DNA of 64,000 nt from a candidate division FCPU426 bacterium (GCA_963771075.1 CAVYSE010000014.1:1-64000); one strand, 5' to 3'. Positions 11,967 to 24,300 are shown, counted from the stretch's first letter. Notes: generated by a model from the letters alone, not told the origin. Program-made: numbers and translations.

Positions 11967-14207
11967 TCAGTGTCTCTTTATATATTTTTTTCTTCCGAGA
12001 TAAGTTCTATTTTCAATTCTTGAGGTTAAAGAAGGTGAAGGCCTTTTCATCCGCCAACCCGCGATACCCATTCCAAATATAGTTCCAAAGATCAAAGAAA
12101 TAAATATTCCAATTCGAACCGAGACCGGCTCATAGCGGAAGATAATCTTGTGCGCCCCCGCATTCGGGATCAAGGCTGTCATCCAATATCCGTAGGCGCG
12201 AAAAATCGCCTCGGGTTTTCCGTCACACCAGGCTCTCCATCCTGGCGCGAAACTTTCGTCAAATACCATGTAGCCGGGGCGGGGAGTATTGATTACGAAC
12301 ACCCCCTGAGCCGGACTGACCCTTGTGATCTGAATTTCCGGTTGGAGGTCAAACCATTTTCCAGCGAGTTCCCTGAACCATCCCATCGCCCGGTCCCACA
12401 AGGCCAAATCGGAACCCGTTTCCAAGCTTTCCATGGGCGGGGGGAGACGAACCGCCTTTCCGTCCGGCGCCTTTTCCGTAAAAACCTGATTTTCCAAAAA
12501 AGCCCTTGGGTCCAACAGGGCTTGGAATACGGAAGCCCGATCCGGAAATTCCCTGACCTGATCCGCTTCCCAACCGGCCGGCATAGCGCCCGCGTTTTGG
12601 ATGTCATAAACCGGCCCCTGGGGAAACGACAACTTGTATTTGAACGCCGGAAGCCTGTCCGGAAGAACAAACACTTTCGACCCCGCCGCGTCAAATACCC
12701 TGCCGTCAAATGGGTAGCCTTTTTCCATGTAACTTTTTAAATTCTGATACCCATCAATGTAAATGGAAAGATATCCCGCCACTGAGGGTATTCCCCAAAT
12801 GACTTGGGTGTTGGGCCGGAAGGTCATGGACGTCTCAAGAAAGGAACTCCCGAAGTCATGAACATTAGGCGAATAAAGACTTCGTTGATTGCGCAGGGCT
12901 AGGATCCTACCCCCATTCGCCAGATTCTTGACCCCCTCTGCGGCCTGTGCCACCTGTGGATTGCGATAAGGGTCGGGGACCAGATGTAAAACCCGGTAAG
13001 GTACGCCGAGAACGTCCACCATCCAAAGGAACCCCATAGCCCAAATGAACCCATTTCGGCGAAAAAGGATTTTCTCTTTCGAAATGGATTCGCCACGGGT
13101 TTTGGGACTCCTCGAAAACATATCAATATTGGTTTTACCTACCGCGGTAAGAGCGGAAAAAACAAAAAGAAATGCCGCCTTGGTCGGTTCAAATATTTCA
13201 AACAACCTCTGGGGCAACAGTTTCAACGGCGGGAAATAAACACCCGCCATCCAAACCACCACAACCAGGGCGGAAAGGTTCCAAAACCTCTCGACGCCCT
13301 TCGCGCCAAACCGAAAACCCCAAAGAAATAAAACCAGCGGTACGCAACCCAAATAAAGGTTTCCAAAAATGAAATTGGGATAATCCCCCCAATATCCCTG
13401 GGTCCCCGGAATACCCAGAAAATTCGGAGAGAATAGGGTGAGCAGATTGACCCAACGAAGGCAATAGACCGGGTCCTGCCACCCTTCCCGGCGAAGGTAT
13501 CCCAGAAAATCGGCAAAAGGAAGCCACTGGGAACAGGTTAATGCCAACCCAGCGACTAAAGCGAAGAACATATAAAGGGCGGCTTTCCAGCCCGGCTTTT
13601 CTTTTACGAGCCAGAGGGACAAAAATAAGGTTGTGTACAAGGTGAAATAGGGATAACCCGCTAATAGCTGGAGACTCCAACAGATCACCATCACACCCCA
13701 ATGGGTAAGGCGTGGTTCTTTCAAGTATCGCCGGCAGGCCCAAAACACCCAGGGCACCCAGGCATAAGCCGCCATATGGGTGGGAAAGCCCCAGTACAGC
13801 ACCGCCATAGCGGAAGCGCCGTAGCTGATCGCGCACAATACCGATAGAAGGGGGGAGGATTGATTTTCCTTCATCCAAAAATAAAACCCGAGGAAAGCCC
13901 AAAGGGAATGGACCAGGGGAAGAATAAAAAACCAATCCGAAAGACCCGTTACACACCAAATCCAAAAGGGAGGGTAAAAAACCGCGGATTGAAAGTTCGC
14001 CAGATGCGGTTGTCCACAGGCCACATTGGAATTCCAAAGGGGCAAAAACCCCTTACGAAAAATTTCCACGTTGAACCATTTTTCAGGGAAAACATATTCC
14101 AGGGTGTCGGCAAAGGCGGGAAAGTGCCCCACAAAACGGAAAGCCCAAACAACAAGGCTCGAAATAAAAATGGCCCCAATCGCCCGGGTCAAATATTTGT
14201 TTTTCAT
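11967..14207 (-). CDS. YfhO-like polytopic membrane protein (GT-C fold glycosyltransferase candidate)
   Basis: N-terminal D..Y.FP..LPLWN...GQPHLANFQSAVFYPP, many TM helices, C-terminal ESFAPGWRAWCDGK..GAHKIIFRYEP. Confidence 0.85.
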   Translation of the reverse strand: MKNKYLTRAIGAIFISSLVVWAFRFVGHFPAFADTLEYVFPEKWFNVEIFRKGFLPLWNSNVACGQPHLANFQSAVFYPPFWIWCVTGLSDWFFILPLVHSLWAFLGFYFWMKENQSSPLLSVLCAISYGASAMAVLYWGFPTHMAAYAWVPWVFWACRRYLKEPRLTHWGVMVICWSLQLLAGYPYFTLYTTLFLSLWLVKEKPGWKAALYMFFALVAGLALTCSQWLPFADFLGYLRREGWQDPVYCLRWVNLLTLFSPNFLGIPGTQGYWGDYPNFIFGNLYLGCVPLVLFLWGFRFGAKGVERFWNLSALVVVVWMAGVYFPPLKLLPQRLFEIFEPTKAAFLFVFSALTAVGKTNIDMFSRSPKTRGESISKEKILFRRNGFIWAMGFLWMVDVLGVPYRVLHLVPDPYRNPQVAQAAEGVKNLANGGRILALRNQRSLYSPNVHDFGSSFLETSMTFRPNTQVIWGIPSVAGYLSIYIDGYQNLKSYMEKGYPFDGRVFDAAGSKVFVLPDRLPAFKYKLSFPQGPVYDIQNAGAMPAGWEADQVREFPDRASVFQALLDPRAFLENQVFTEKAPDGKAVRLPPPMESLETGSDLALWDRAMGWFRELAGKWFDLQPEIQITRVSPAQGVFVINTPRPGYMVFDESFAPGWRAWCDGKPEAIFRAYGYWMTALIPNAGAHKIIFRYEPVSVRIGIFISLIFGTIFGMGIAGWRMKRPSPSLTSRIENRTYLGRKKYIKRH

Positions 14208-14285
14208 GGGGCTTTATCATAACAATAAGCCCGTGGACGTTAAAACCCATTCCCAAGAACCAACGAGCGCTCGTTATATTGAAGA

Positions 14286-17200
14286 CTACTTCACCAAAAT
14301 AATCTTGAGATCCTTATGGCCGATCAATCCACCCCGGGTGTTATAGGCTTCGACAATAGCGAAATAGAGCCCGCTCGCCAACCCCGATGCGTCCCACGCG
14401 GCCTTATTGGCACCCGGCTGACCCGTTGCACTTCTCTTTACCAACTCTCCCGCCATGTCATAAACCCGATACACCAGGGTTAGGCTTTGGTCGGAGTCGG
14501 AGGTGAACTGGATGATGTATCCTGTGCCGGCATTCAAAAGGTTAGGCCTGGCGGTAATGTTCCCCATCCCAGCGTCCGCTGTATCCGATAACACCATCAC
14601 ATGCGCCGTCAGCACTGTTAACCCTCCCTGCCCATCCTGTGCAGAGACTTCGACGTAGTATTGTCCGGAAGCCACCACGCTTCCATTGTCCCCCGTTCCG
14701 TCCCATACGATGGTCATCCCGTTGTTGAGCGTGAGGGTCAATTGGGACGGGATATTTCCGGCGGGCTGGCCGCTTGTCGGCTCAATACTTGTTGCGGATA
14801 AATTTAGCTGCGGCGAATTGTTTGGATCCGGATTGCTCGTGTAAACGTAGAGGTTCTTCACCACCTCCCCCGCCTCGTTGTAGATCTTGACCGCCACCTT
14901 GAAGACCGAACGGTTTACAACAACCGGCTGGGTCACGCTTGTATCCGCCCCCAAGTTGCTTAAACTATCCACCTTCACATAATACTGGCCGTTGACCACC
15001 GGGTTCCCGGACGCATCCAGGCCGTTCCAAGACCCGATCGGGAGCCCTTGGTAATAAAGCGTTGTCGAGCTCCCGGGACCGTTCACCGCTGTAATCGCCC
15101 CGGAACCTAAAGTGAAGCCATTGATCGGCTGGGAATACTGGCTGACGGGTAGCGATTCGATTAATTCCCCCGCTTCGTTGTAGACGCCAATTTTGATGGT
15201 GTATTGGCCATTCGTCTGGACGCTTGCGCAGGAAGAAATTCCCGCCGAACCAAGGTAATTCGCCACCGCGCAGTTCTGTATCGTGATCCCGCCCGCGACC
15301 AGGTTATTCACCGTAGCTTGATAAGTGATTTGATAAATCCCCGGGGCCAAAGGCGAAGGCATTTGCCAGCTCAAAACGGAAGTTGCCGCATTGTAAGAAG
15401 TGGTAGTTCCTGGAGGGAAATTCCCAAAAGATTGGAAAGTCATATTGATCGGCAGCGGATCCGTAACAACTAAATTCACAACACTGTTCGTCGATATATC
15501 CAGGGTAAGGGTATAGACCAATGCGGAACCCGCGCTGGCAACCGAAGCGGATGCCTGTTTGGTAAATGATACGGAACCTAGCGGCGTAGGGGTGGCCGTC
15601 GCGGTATAGGTCGCTGTAGAGCTCGGCGTAGGGGTGGTGGTTGGGGTAAACGTGCGGGTGTTGGTCAGCGTGGAGGTCGGGGTCCAGGTTGGTGTATGGG
15701 TGGAGGTAGGTGTAGGAGTAATCGAGGGTGTTGCCGTTCCGGTATAGGTGTGGGTGAAAGTAGGGGTATTCGTGGAGGTGTAGGTACTTGTGGCGGTCCA
15801 GGTATTGGAGGCGGTCGCCGTATAGGACGAGGTATCCGACGCTGTCGGGCTATTGGTTGAGGTAAGGGTATGGGTGGTAGTGGGAGTGAAGGTGGGGGTA
15901 AAAGTGCTCGTCGAACTGAGGGTAAATGTCACGGTGAGGGTTGGGGTGGGTGTCCCCGACTCGGTAAACGTATTGGTTTCGGTCAAGGTGTTTGTCGCTG
16001 AGGGGGTCGGCGTCCAGGTGAGGGTGTTGGTCACTGTGGGGGTGAAAGGAAAAGTACTTGTCCAGGTCGGCGTTAACGTGGGGGTTAAGCTCGCCGTGAC
16101 GGTCGGTGTGTTCGTCAAGGTAAAGGTGTTCGTGACGGAATAGGTATTGGTCACGGTGTAGGTGGGGGTCAGGGTGGGGGTATCGGTAATGGTCGGCGAT
16201 AAGGGGAAAGTGTTGGTCCAAGTGGCAGTTACAGTCGGCGTCATGGTTAAAGTGACGGTCGGGGTATTCGTCGAGGTATAAGTATTTGTAGGTGTTGCGG
16301 TAGGGGTCAAAGTGAAAGTGTTCGTGGGTGTTGCCGTGTAAGTCGGGGTTGGAGTCGGTGTATAGGTTTGAGTTGAAGTGACCGTATAGGTGGAGGTTAG
16401 GGTCGGAGTAACCGTTGGAGTGTTGGTAATGGTGGGGGTCAAGGGAAAAGTATTCGTCCAGGTTGGCGTCAGGGTGGGTGTCATTGTTTTCGTCACCGTG
16501 GGCGTCACCGTGGGTGTGGGTGTGTAAGTATTCGTGGGGGTTGGAGTGGGTGTGGGCGTATTCGTGTTGGTAGGCGTCACCGAAGGGGTAAGGGTGCGTG
16601 TCAAGGTTGGGGTGGCGGTGGGTGTGGGGGTAGGCGTATTCGTGGGGGTGGGGGTGGGCGTGTTCGTATTTGTGTTGGTCATCGTTGCCGTATAGGTATT
16701 TGTGGGTGTTACGGTGTTCGTGACGGTCGGGGTCAAAGTCACAGTCTGTGTATTCGTAATCGTGGGTGATAGAACAAAGGTTTGGGTCCAAGTCGGTGTC
16801 AAGGTGATGGTCGGGGTCACGGTCGGGGTGTTGGTGCGGGTGGGTGTCATGGTATTGGTTGGCGTCATGGTGTTGGTTGGGGTCATCGTATTGGTAGGCG
16901 TGTAAGTATGGGTGGGCGTAACCGTTGGCGTGACCGTATTGGTATTCGTAGGCGTGACGGTAGGGGTATAGGTTGGTGTCATCGTGTTCGTACGGGTCGG
17001 GGTCACGGTTGGAGTATTCGTGGGTGTGACCGTGGGTGTGTTGGTCGGGGTAACGGTCGGGGTATGGGTGGGCGTTACGGTCGGAGTCCAGGTTGGCGTA
17101 ACCGTAGGTGTTCGGGTGGGTGTGACAGTCGGGGTCACCGTGGGAGTATTCGTTGGGGTAACGGTCGGCGTGGGAGTCGGTGTATTCGTGGGGATGTTCG

Positions 17201-19700
17201 TGGGTGTCCATGTGGGGGTGACTGTCGGTGTCCAAGTTGGGGTGACGGTAGGGGTCTTGGTAGGCGTCCAAGTGGGAGTGACCGTAGGGGTGTTGGTCGG
17301 GGTGACCGTCGGGGTTTTGGTTGGAGTGACCGTGGGGGTTGGGGTAGGGGTGTTCGTAGGGGTCGGAGTAGGAGTCGGGGTATTGGTAGGCGTCCTGGTG
17401 GGAGTGACAGTGGGGGTGTAGGTCGGGGTAACCGTCGGGGTTTTGGTTGGAGTGACCGTGGGGGTTGGAGTGGGTGTCGGGGTATTCGTAGGTGTGGGAG
17501 TTGGCGTCTTTGTGGGAGTGAGGGTTGGGGTGGGAGTATTGGTGGATGTCGGGGTTGGCGTGGGGGTACGGGTGGGTGTCGGAGTGGGAGTAGGCGTAGT
17601 CGCGGGAGTGGGGGTTCCGGTGCAAACCGAATCGGTTGTGAAATCAACAGTGTTAGAGGTAAGCGTTCCTCCGGAGTAGGTCAGCACCGCGTTATTGGGT
17701 ACCTGACAGGGCCCACCTGTCGGGGGGATATTGTAGGATTGCACTGTAATCGTCACCGAATCACAAAATCCGTAACCCGGGAACCCGATGGGGTAAGCCC
17801 ATGAGATGGCCTCACTGGAACCGAAGGCGTTGGGTCCATCCGGCGAATTAGTGAAATTATAACCGCAGTTCGAAACCCCGGCGAACCAAGTGTTGTAACA
17901 GATATTGGTCATGTAAAAGGGGCCACTCGAACTTGCGGTGGAATTGTAATAAAGACTATCCCCGACCGTAACCGGCCCTGAAATCGGCCCTCCTGTATTG
18001 CATGTTCGAACCACATATGTCACGGGCTGGTTCGTCGCAATTCCCGAAGAGGCCCCCAGGATGGATTTGACGACGCTTAGGTTGGGAACAGGTGTGTTCG
18101 TTGGACACACGGTGGTGAGATTAAAAGTTTGACGGAAATAAAGCGACGCGTTCGCCAGCTGGTCCCCGGTAATGGTCGCGGGGTTGGAGTTGGTTCCGTT
18201 TCCTCCGTCAATGTCAGCTCCCAGTGGCGGAAGCCGACCCCCGCCCGGGTTCAAAGCCGGAAGCAGGTAAAAGGCCGGTGGATAAGTCACCTCTACAGGA
18301 GCGCCCCATCCGGACACGCTCCCCTCGTTGTAGGCCGGATTCCACCAGGTTACCCCGCCCGAGTCGTTTGAGGGGGGAGGCCCGTTGGGCGTGGGCTGAT
18401 TAAAAACTTGGATATTCCCGCTGTTACTCGTGATATTGACGGTGGCTGTTCCAAATTGGTACGAGAGGGACCAGGTGGCCCAGTTGTAATGGAGGGCGGT
18501 GTTGTAGGACTGGATAGCGATGACATTGGTTCCAACCACCAGGTCGCTGGCGGGGACCGAAATGCAGGGCACCGGCAAGCCGCTGGTGTACATGACACCC
18601 GCCATGGAAACCGCGACCTGATGGCCGTTGATCCAGACAATACCGTAGTCGTCAAACCCGCCGCAAAAAGTCGCGTTCTGCAGGGGGCCGCAAGAGCCCA
18701 CGATCGGGGTAGGCGTATTCGTGTTGACCGGGGTAGCCGTAGGTGAGCCGATAGTGCTCGTTCGGGTGGGCGTGGAGGTGATGGTAGGGGATTGGGTTCG
18801 GGTCGGGGATAAGGTGATAGTGGGGGAATTGGTGGGCCCGCATCCCGGGAACTGGGCCCCCGTCCCGTAGGTCACGTTGCAGGAACCCATATTGAGGGGC
18901 CCGATCGTGACCGAGTCGCCCCTCGCGTCCGTGACGTCGAAATAAAAGGGGCCGGTTGTGGAATTGAGGTTGCCATTCCCGGAACCCGCGAAGTTCCCCC
19001 AATATTCATCCCCGCCCACTGCGGTCGTTCCCAAGCTCAAGGAGGTATAAGTGCCGTTTTGGCTTGTGCTGAAGCTGACCGCGGTAATCGGGAACAACAT
19101 GTCCATGAACTGGATCGGGTTGTACCATTGGCTGCATCCAGTCTTCCATTGGTACTCTATCGTCCCGGTTGGGTCTCCGGTCATGAGACTTAAGGGGCAT
19201 TGGACGAAATTCCAGGTGATGTTCACTTGTCCTATGGCTGTCGTGCCCGCCAAGGCGGTGAACGCCATGGGGGACATGTCGATTTGGTGGGCGTTTGAAC
19301 AGTTTCCGCATTGATCGACGATCATGACCGTAACGGATGCGCCGTTGGAGGTCTCATGGACCGCCGCGCAAGCCCCGCAAACCAATCCACCCTGATAATC
19401 ATTGGAAGTATAACCGTCGATGGCGGCAAACATGTTTGGGTCATAAGTGCCGGCATTGAAAGCGCAGTTTCCCGTTCCGGGATTGTCATACACCCCACTG
19501 TACCAAGTACCAACGGTTGAATAGGTCGTGGGGGGGTCCGTTGGGCAATATTTGGATGTAAGGACAATATTTGAGCCAGGAGGAGTTTGAGCTTCTAAGC
19601 TAAATAATCCAAACCAAAATAAGAAAAACAGCCCGGCAAAAAACTTCCCCATTCGCCGAGATGTCTTCATGCTAAGCCACTTTTGTTGAACCGGTTTCAT
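14286..19700 (-). CDS. Secreted expansin-like (EXLX-type) protein + jelly-roll domain + DUF11 + Thr-X stalk + DUF11 + triple FlgD-Ig-like tail
   Basis: [56 protein letters not shown]. Also [19 protein letters not shown]. Three repeats starting YNEAGE/YDMAGE; ends KIILVK. Confidence 0.85.
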   Translation of the reverse strand: MKPVQQKWLSMKTSRRMGKFFAGLFFLFWFGLFSLEAQTPPGSNIVLTSKYCPTDPPTTYSTVGTWYSGVYDNPGTGNCAFNAGTYDPNMFAAIDGYTSNDYQGGLVCGACAAVHETSNGASVTVMIVDQCGNCSNAHQIDMSPMAFTALAGTTAIGQVNITWNFVQCPLSLMTGDPTGTIEYQWKTGCSQWYNPIQFMDMLFPITAVSFSTSQNGTYTSLSLGTTAVGGDEYWGNFAGSGNGNLNSTTGPFYFDVTDARGDSVTIGPLNMGSCNVTYGTGAQFPGCGPTNSPTITLSPTRTQSPTITSTPTRTSTIGSPTATPVNTNTPTPIVGSCGPLQNATFCGGFDDYGIVWINGHQVAVSMAGVMYTSGLPVPCISVPASDLVVGTNVIAIQSYNTALHYNWATWSLSYQFGTATVNITSNSGNIQVFNQPTPNGPPPSNDSGGVTWWNPAYNEGSVSGWGAPVEVTYPPAFYLLPALNPGGGRLPPLGADIDGGNGTNSNPATITGDQLANASLYFRQTFNLTTVCPTNTPVPNLSVVKSILGASSGIATNQPVTYVVRTCNTGGPISGPVTVGDSLYYNSTASSSGPFYMTNICYNTWFAGVSNCGYNFTNSPDGPNAFGSSEAISWAYPIGFPGYGFCDSVTITVQSYNIPPTGGPCQVPNNAVLTYSGGTLTSNTVDFTTDSVCTGTPTPATTPTPTPTPTRTPTPTPTSTNTPTPTLTPTKTPTPTPTNTPTPTPTPTVTPTKTPTVTPTYTPTVTPTRTPTNTPTPTPTPTNTPTPTPTVTPTKTPTVTPTNTPTVTPTWTPTKTPTVTPTWTPTVTPTWTPTNIPTNTPTPTPTVTPTNTPTVTPTVTPTRTPTVTPTWTPTVTPTHTPTVTPTNTPTVTPTNTPTVTPTRTNTMTPTYTPTVTPTNTNTVTPTVTPTHTYTPTNTMTPTNTMTPTNTMTPTRTNTPTVTPTITLTPTWTQTFVLSPTITNTQTVTLTPTVTNTVTPTNTYTATMTNTNTNTPTPTPTNTPTPTPTATPTLTRTLTPSVTPTNTNTPTPTPTPTNTYTPTPTVTPTVTKTMTPTLTPTWTNTFPLTPTITNTPTVTPTLTSTYTVTSTQTYTPTPTPTYTATPTNTFTLTPTATPTNTYTSTNTPTVTLTMTPTVTATWTNTFPLSPTITDTPTLTPTYTVTNTYSVTNTFTLTNTPTVTASLTPTLTPTWTSTFPFTPTVTNTLTWTPTPSATNTLTETNTFTESGTPTPTLTVTFTLSSTSTFTPTFTPTTTHTLTSTNSPTASDTSSYTATASNTWTATSTYTSTNTPTFTHTYTGTATPSITPTPTSTHTPTWTPTSTLTNTRTFTPTTTPTPSSTATYTATATPTPLGSVSFTKQASASVASAGSALVYTLTLDISTNSVVNLVVTDPLPINMTFQSFGNFPPGTTTSYNAATSVLSWQMPSPLAPGIYQITYQATVNNLVAGGITIQNCAVANYLGSAGISSCASVQTNGQYTIKIGVYNEAGELIESLPVSQYSQPINGFTLGSGAITAVNGPGSSTTLYYQGLPIGSWNGLDASGNPVVNGQYYVKVDSLSNLGADTSVTQPVVVNRSVFKVAVKIYNEAGEVVKNLYVYTSNPDPNNSPQLNLSATSIEPTSGQPAGNIPSQLTLTLNNGMTIVWDGTGDNGSVVASGQYYVEVSAQDGQGGLTVLTAHVMVLSDTADAGMGNITARPNLLNAGTGYIIQFTSDSDQSLTLVYRVYDMAGELVKRSATGQPGANKAAWDASGLASGLYFAIVEAYNTRGGLIGHKDLKIILVK

Positions 19701-19752
19701 TTTATGTAACCGCTTTCATTTTTACGTACAACCATAATAAATATACTTTCCT

Positions 19753-21165
19753 CACTGCTATCCTAAACAACTCAATCTGACCGCTGCCCCCCAAGAAAAA
19801 CAAGCGATTTTGGACAGGTTTGTGAATTTCCAGGGATAAGCCCCCCCCTTTCGTCCGGATGCTGTCCAAATCACGAGGGTATTAATTCCATCTGTTTTTC
19901 CGCCGGTTCCAATCTCGCCACCAGGAATGGTGCATCCAACCAAGCCCACAAATCGCGGTAGGTCAATAGATTCATCCGCAGCATGGCCGCCAAGTGGGAC
20001 AGGCTCCAGGCGATATGGCTCTTCAGTTGAAGGAATTTCAACAGCAGCATGGCAATCAATGCTGTCCAAATCTGCGTCTGAACAGCATTCTCAGTGGTCC
20101 CTACGAAAGTCTTCACCCGTAAGTTCTGCTTGAGAGCCTTGAAGAACAACTCGATCTGCCAACGTTCCTTGTAGATGGCCGCCACCGTCGAGGCAGCAAA
20201 ACCCATGTGGTTGGTAAGGAATACGAGTTCCCGCTTCTGGTCTTCGTCCCATACCACCACTCGTCGCATCTCTTTCGGGTAGGCTTCCTGTGACCGAAAC
20301 GTTGTTAACCGTATCACTTGGTCCTTCAGGACGTTGCCCGTTTTCGGAACCGGCAGGTTCTTCACCACCTCGTAGGCCATGTTGATCTTGGCACGGGTCA
20401 CCCACCACACGCCTTGGAACGTCCATCGGGCCAGAAGAAAGAAATCCACATATCCCCGATCCATCACTACGATTGAATCCACCGGAAAATCCAGCTTTTG
20501 AGCCACTTTCACGTCATGCACGCCTCCCTCCGTTACGAGTCCCCAGCAGGGCAAGTATCCCTGATGATCCAGCAAGAGATGGAGTTTGATGGCCCCTTTG
20601 GTCCTACGGAACTTTGCCCAGTCGAAGACTGACAAACAAAGATCAATGGTGCTGGAGTCCAGGCTGTAGAGGGGATTCTTGAACTTGAATTTCCTCTTCG
20701 AGATGGCCGCCTGTAGCTGACACTTCGATAGCAGATGGTAGAAAAGACTTTGCTGAACCTGCCAAGGACGGTTGGCGTTAGCGTAAGCCAAGGTGGATTT
20801 AGTGGGTGCTTCGCAAAGACCCAAATGGGTCAATTTCCCAAGGGCCGTGTGGAGGCCACCACAGATTTCCCTCAAGGAATGGGCGGCTCCCATCTGGCAG
20901 AAAAGCATGGAAACAAACTGATTCCAGCAACTGAACCCCTTGGCGTGTTTTTCGGCTTCAAACTCCCGCACAATTCGTTCAAAAGCCGTGCGATCCACAA
21001 TTTTCAACACTTGGGCAAAAAGACTGGTTGGTGGTACCATCGAAATACGCCTCCGGATGTTTGAAGTAGCGACGGCTGGTAACCGTCGCTTTGGGCTTGT
21101 CGACTAACCCAATTCTACTTCAGTCGGAGGTGTCTTTTTTTAGTCCTTTATTTAGGACAAGAGTG
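19753..21165 (-). mobile_element. IS4-family insertion sequence, 1413 bp, with imperfect TIRs and a 9-bp target duplication
   Basis: TACTTTCCT at 19744-19752 and 21166-21174. Ends CACTGCTATCCTAAACAA and (revcomp) CACTCTTGTCCTAAATAA match at 14/18. Confidence 0.93.
19871..21040 (-). CDS. IS4-family DDE transposase (DUF4372-type N-terminus)
   Basis: LDSSTIDL, AKFRRTKGAIKLH, VMDRGY, and the YREK signature YKERWQIELFFKALKQ. Confidence 0.95.
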   Translation of the reverse strand: MVPPTSLFAQVLKIVDRTAFERIVREFEAEKHAKGFSCWNQFVSMLFCQMGAAHSLREICGGLHTALGKLTHLGLCEAPTKSTLAYANANRPWQVQQSLFYHLLSKCQLQAAISKRKFKFKNPLYSLDSSTIDLCLSVFDWAKFRRTKGAIKLHLLLDHQGYLPCWGLVTEGGVHDVKVAQKLDFPVDSIVVMDRGYVDFFLLARWTFQGVWWVTRAKINMAYEVVKNLPVPKTGNVLKDQVIRLTTFRSQEAYPKEMRRVVVWDEDQKRELVFLTNHMGFAASTVAAIYKERWQIELFFKALKQNLRVKTFVGTTENAVQTQIWTALIAMLLLKFLQLKSHIAWSLSHLAAMLRMNLLTYRDLWAWLDAPFLVARLEPAEKQMELIPS

Positions 21166-21260
21166 TACTTTCCTAAAACGTTATAAGTTGTTTTTGTTAA
21201 TTACGATCCATCGGGTGTGGGGGCAGTGTTGATTTAATATCTTATTCTTAACCTGCTTTA

Positions 21261-21288
21261 ATTATAGCACTCTAATGCCATTTGTCAG
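21261..21288 (-). promoter_or_regulatory. Probable original promoter of the expansin gene (sigma70-like extended -10), now separated from it by the IS
   Basis: CTGACA-N16-TATAAT with TGn extension. The same stretch reads TGGCA..TGCT with GG-N9-GC, one base short of a sigma54 box. Confidence 0.5.
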
Positions 21289-21398
21289 GAAGGGTGAAAA
21301 ACATGATTTAGTATTTAAATGAAGTTAAAAACGGGCTTTTTCTTCACATTGATTGATAAATCGGGAAAAAAACAATTGAAATTTAAGGAGATTCTATC

Positions 21399-24300
21399 TT
21401 AACGCACAACGACGATCTTGAGGTTCTGATGACCTATCAAACCGCCCTGCGTGTTGTAGGCTTCCACTACCGCGAAATATATTCCGCTCGCCACTCCCGA
21501 AGCGTCCCATGAAGCCGTGTTGGCTCCCGACGCCCCTGCCACGCTTCGCTTCACCAACTCGCCCGCCGCGTCATACACCCGGTATACCAGCGTCAGGCTC
21601 TGGGCCGAGTCCGAGATGAACTGGACGTTATACCCTGTCGTTGGATTCATCAGGTTCGGCCTCGCGGTGATGTTCCCCATCCCCGCGTTCGATGTATCCG
21701 ACATCACCATCACGTGCGCCGTCAAGATCGTCTCCCCGCCCTGCCCGTCCTGCGCCGAAACCTCGATATAATACTGGCCCGACGTCACCACAGCTCCATT
21801 ATCGCCTGTTCCGTCCCAAATGATCGTCGTCCCGTTGTTGAGTGAAATAGTTAATTGCGCTGGCACATCATTGGTTACGGGTCCACTGGTCGGCTGAATA
21901 CTCGTCGCGGACAGCAGTAGCTGGGTCGTGTTGGTCGGTCCCGGGTTGCTCGTGTAGGTGTACAGGTTCTTCACCACTTCCCCCGCTTCGTTGTAGATCT
22001 TCACCGCCACCTTGTACACCGACCGGTTCACCACAATCGGCTGGGTCACGCTCGTGTCCGCCCCCATGTTGCTCACGCTGTCGATCTTCACGTAATACTG
22101 CCCGTTCCCCACCGGGTTCCCCGCCGTATCCAGCCCATTCCAGGTCCCGATCGGGGTTCCCAGGTACTCGATCGTCGTCGTGCTCCCGGGCCCGCTCACC
22201 GCCGTGATCGCCCCGGAGTTCAGGGTGAAACTGTTGATCGCCTGCGAATATTGGCTCACCGGCAGCGACTCCACCAACTCGCCCGCCTCGTTGTAGACCC
22301 CGATCTTCACCGTGTACTGCCCTGTCGTCAGCACGTTCACGCAGGCCGTGGCGGATCCGCCTGTGAAACTGGCCGTCGCGCAATTCACGATCGTCAGCCC
22401 TCCCGCCACCAGGTTGTTCACCGTCGCCTGGTAGGTCATCTGGTAGATCCCGGGCGCCAGGGGCGACGGCATCTGCCAGCTCATGATCGAGGTTCCCGCG
22501 TTGTAGCTCGTGGACGTACCGCCCGGCGCGGTCCCGAAAGACGAGAAGGTCAGGTTGGTCGGCAGTTGGTCCGTCACCACCATGTTCATCACGTTGTAGT
22601 TCGAGACGTTCAAGGTCAGGGTATAGAGCAAGGTGGATCCCGGGCTGGTCACCGAAGTGGAGACCTGCTTGGTCAACTGTACAAAGCCCAGGGGGGTCGC
22701 GGTGGCGGTCGTGGTGAAGGTGGGGGTGGCGGTCGCCGTCGGGGTCACCGTCGGCGTATGGGTATTCGTGGGGGTCATCGTATAGGTCGGGGTCGAGGTG
22801 TAAGTCTTGGTGGAAGTCGATGTGGACGTGTCCGTGGGTGTCCCCGTATCGGTCGCCGTATGGGTCGAGGTGGGCGTGTTCGTCGCCGTCCAGGTATCGG
22901 ACGCGGTCGCCGTATCGGTGGCCGTGTTGGTCGCCGTAGGCGTGTTCGTAGCGGTAAAGGTGTTGGTTTCCGTCGGAGTATAGGTTGCGGTGTAGGTGAA
23001 AGGTGGCGTTGCCGTAAAGGTCGGGCTGTTGGTTGGGGTCAAGGTATTGGTCGAAGTGGGTGTGTTGGTAGCCGTATAGGTATTGGTGGCTGTCAAAGTG
23101 GGCGTCACGGTAAGGCTATTGGTGGGAGTCACCGTCACGCTCGGAGTATTTGTTTCCGTTGGTGTATTGGTCGTCGTCAAGGTGTTCGTAGTGGTAAAGG
23201 TATTGGTAGCCGTTGAGGTAGGCGAGGGCGTGGGAGTATCGGTAATGGTCGGGGTCAGGGGGAAGGTATTGGTCGGTGTCGGCGAAACCGTAGGCGTAAG
23301 GGTTACTGTCACCGTGGGGGTATTGGTCGTCGTCAGGGTGTTGGTGGAGGTAAAGGTATGGGTGGCCGTTGAGGTAGGCGAGGGTGTGGGAGTATCGGTG
23401 ATGGTCGGGGTCAGGGGGAAGGTATTCGTCCAGGTCGCCGTTACAGTGACCGTGGGAGTGACCGTTGGGGTACGGGTTAGGGTGTTAGTGAATGTGTTGG
23501 TCGCCGTATTAGTGTTCGTGGATGTCGGGGTATTGGTCGAGGTGAGGGTCGGAGTCTGGGTATTGGTTGGGGTAAAGGTATTCGTGGGCGTGACCGTCGG
23601 TGTCACCGTATAGGTATTGGTACGGGTCACCGTATTGGTCACGGTATTGGTAGGGGTGACTGTATAGGTATTCGTGATCGTGGGTGTCAAGGGGAAGGTA
23701 TTCGTCCAGGTCGGCGTGATCGTGACCGTGGGGGTCACGGTCGGGGTATAGGTGCGGGTGGACGTGTTCGTATTGGTAGTCGTGTAGGTATTCGTGGGGG
23801 TTACCGTCGCTGTGACCGTATTGGTATTTGTCGGAGTCACCGTACTGGTCGGTGTATTGGTACGGGTGACCGTATTAGTATTCGTCGAAGTTACGGTTTG
23901 CGTGTAGGTATTGGTCGGAGTGACCGTATTGGTCGCCGTATTGGTACGGGTCACCGTATTGGTATTGGTCGAGGTCAGGGTGGCCGTGTTTGTATTGGTC
24001 ACGGTGTTGGTGTTGGTCGGGGTGACGGTATTCGTGTTGGTATGGGTCGGTGTCACGGTCGGGGTGTTCGTGGGAGTATTTGTGTTCGTATTGGTCCGGG
24101 TCGGCGTCACCGTGGGAGTGACGGTGGGTGTATTCGTGTTGGTATTGGTGGGGGTGTTCGTGGGAGTGTTGGTGGGCGTGTTCGTGTTCGTCCGGGTGAG
24201 GGTGGGCGTTGGCGTGGGAGTATTCAGGACTGTATTGGTGTTAGTCTGGGTCACGGTGTTGGTCTTGGTAGGGGTGACCGTCGGGGTATAGGTGGGCGTC

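Noticed and set aside
16400..17620. Short-period DNA repeats resembling a CRISPR or VNTR array
   Set aside because: Degenerate in-frame coding repeats with no constant repeat plus unique spacers and no cas genes
19725..19775. Hybrid promoter formed by the IS end (TTGTTT-N19-TATATT)
   Set aside because: Poor -35 and over-long spacer
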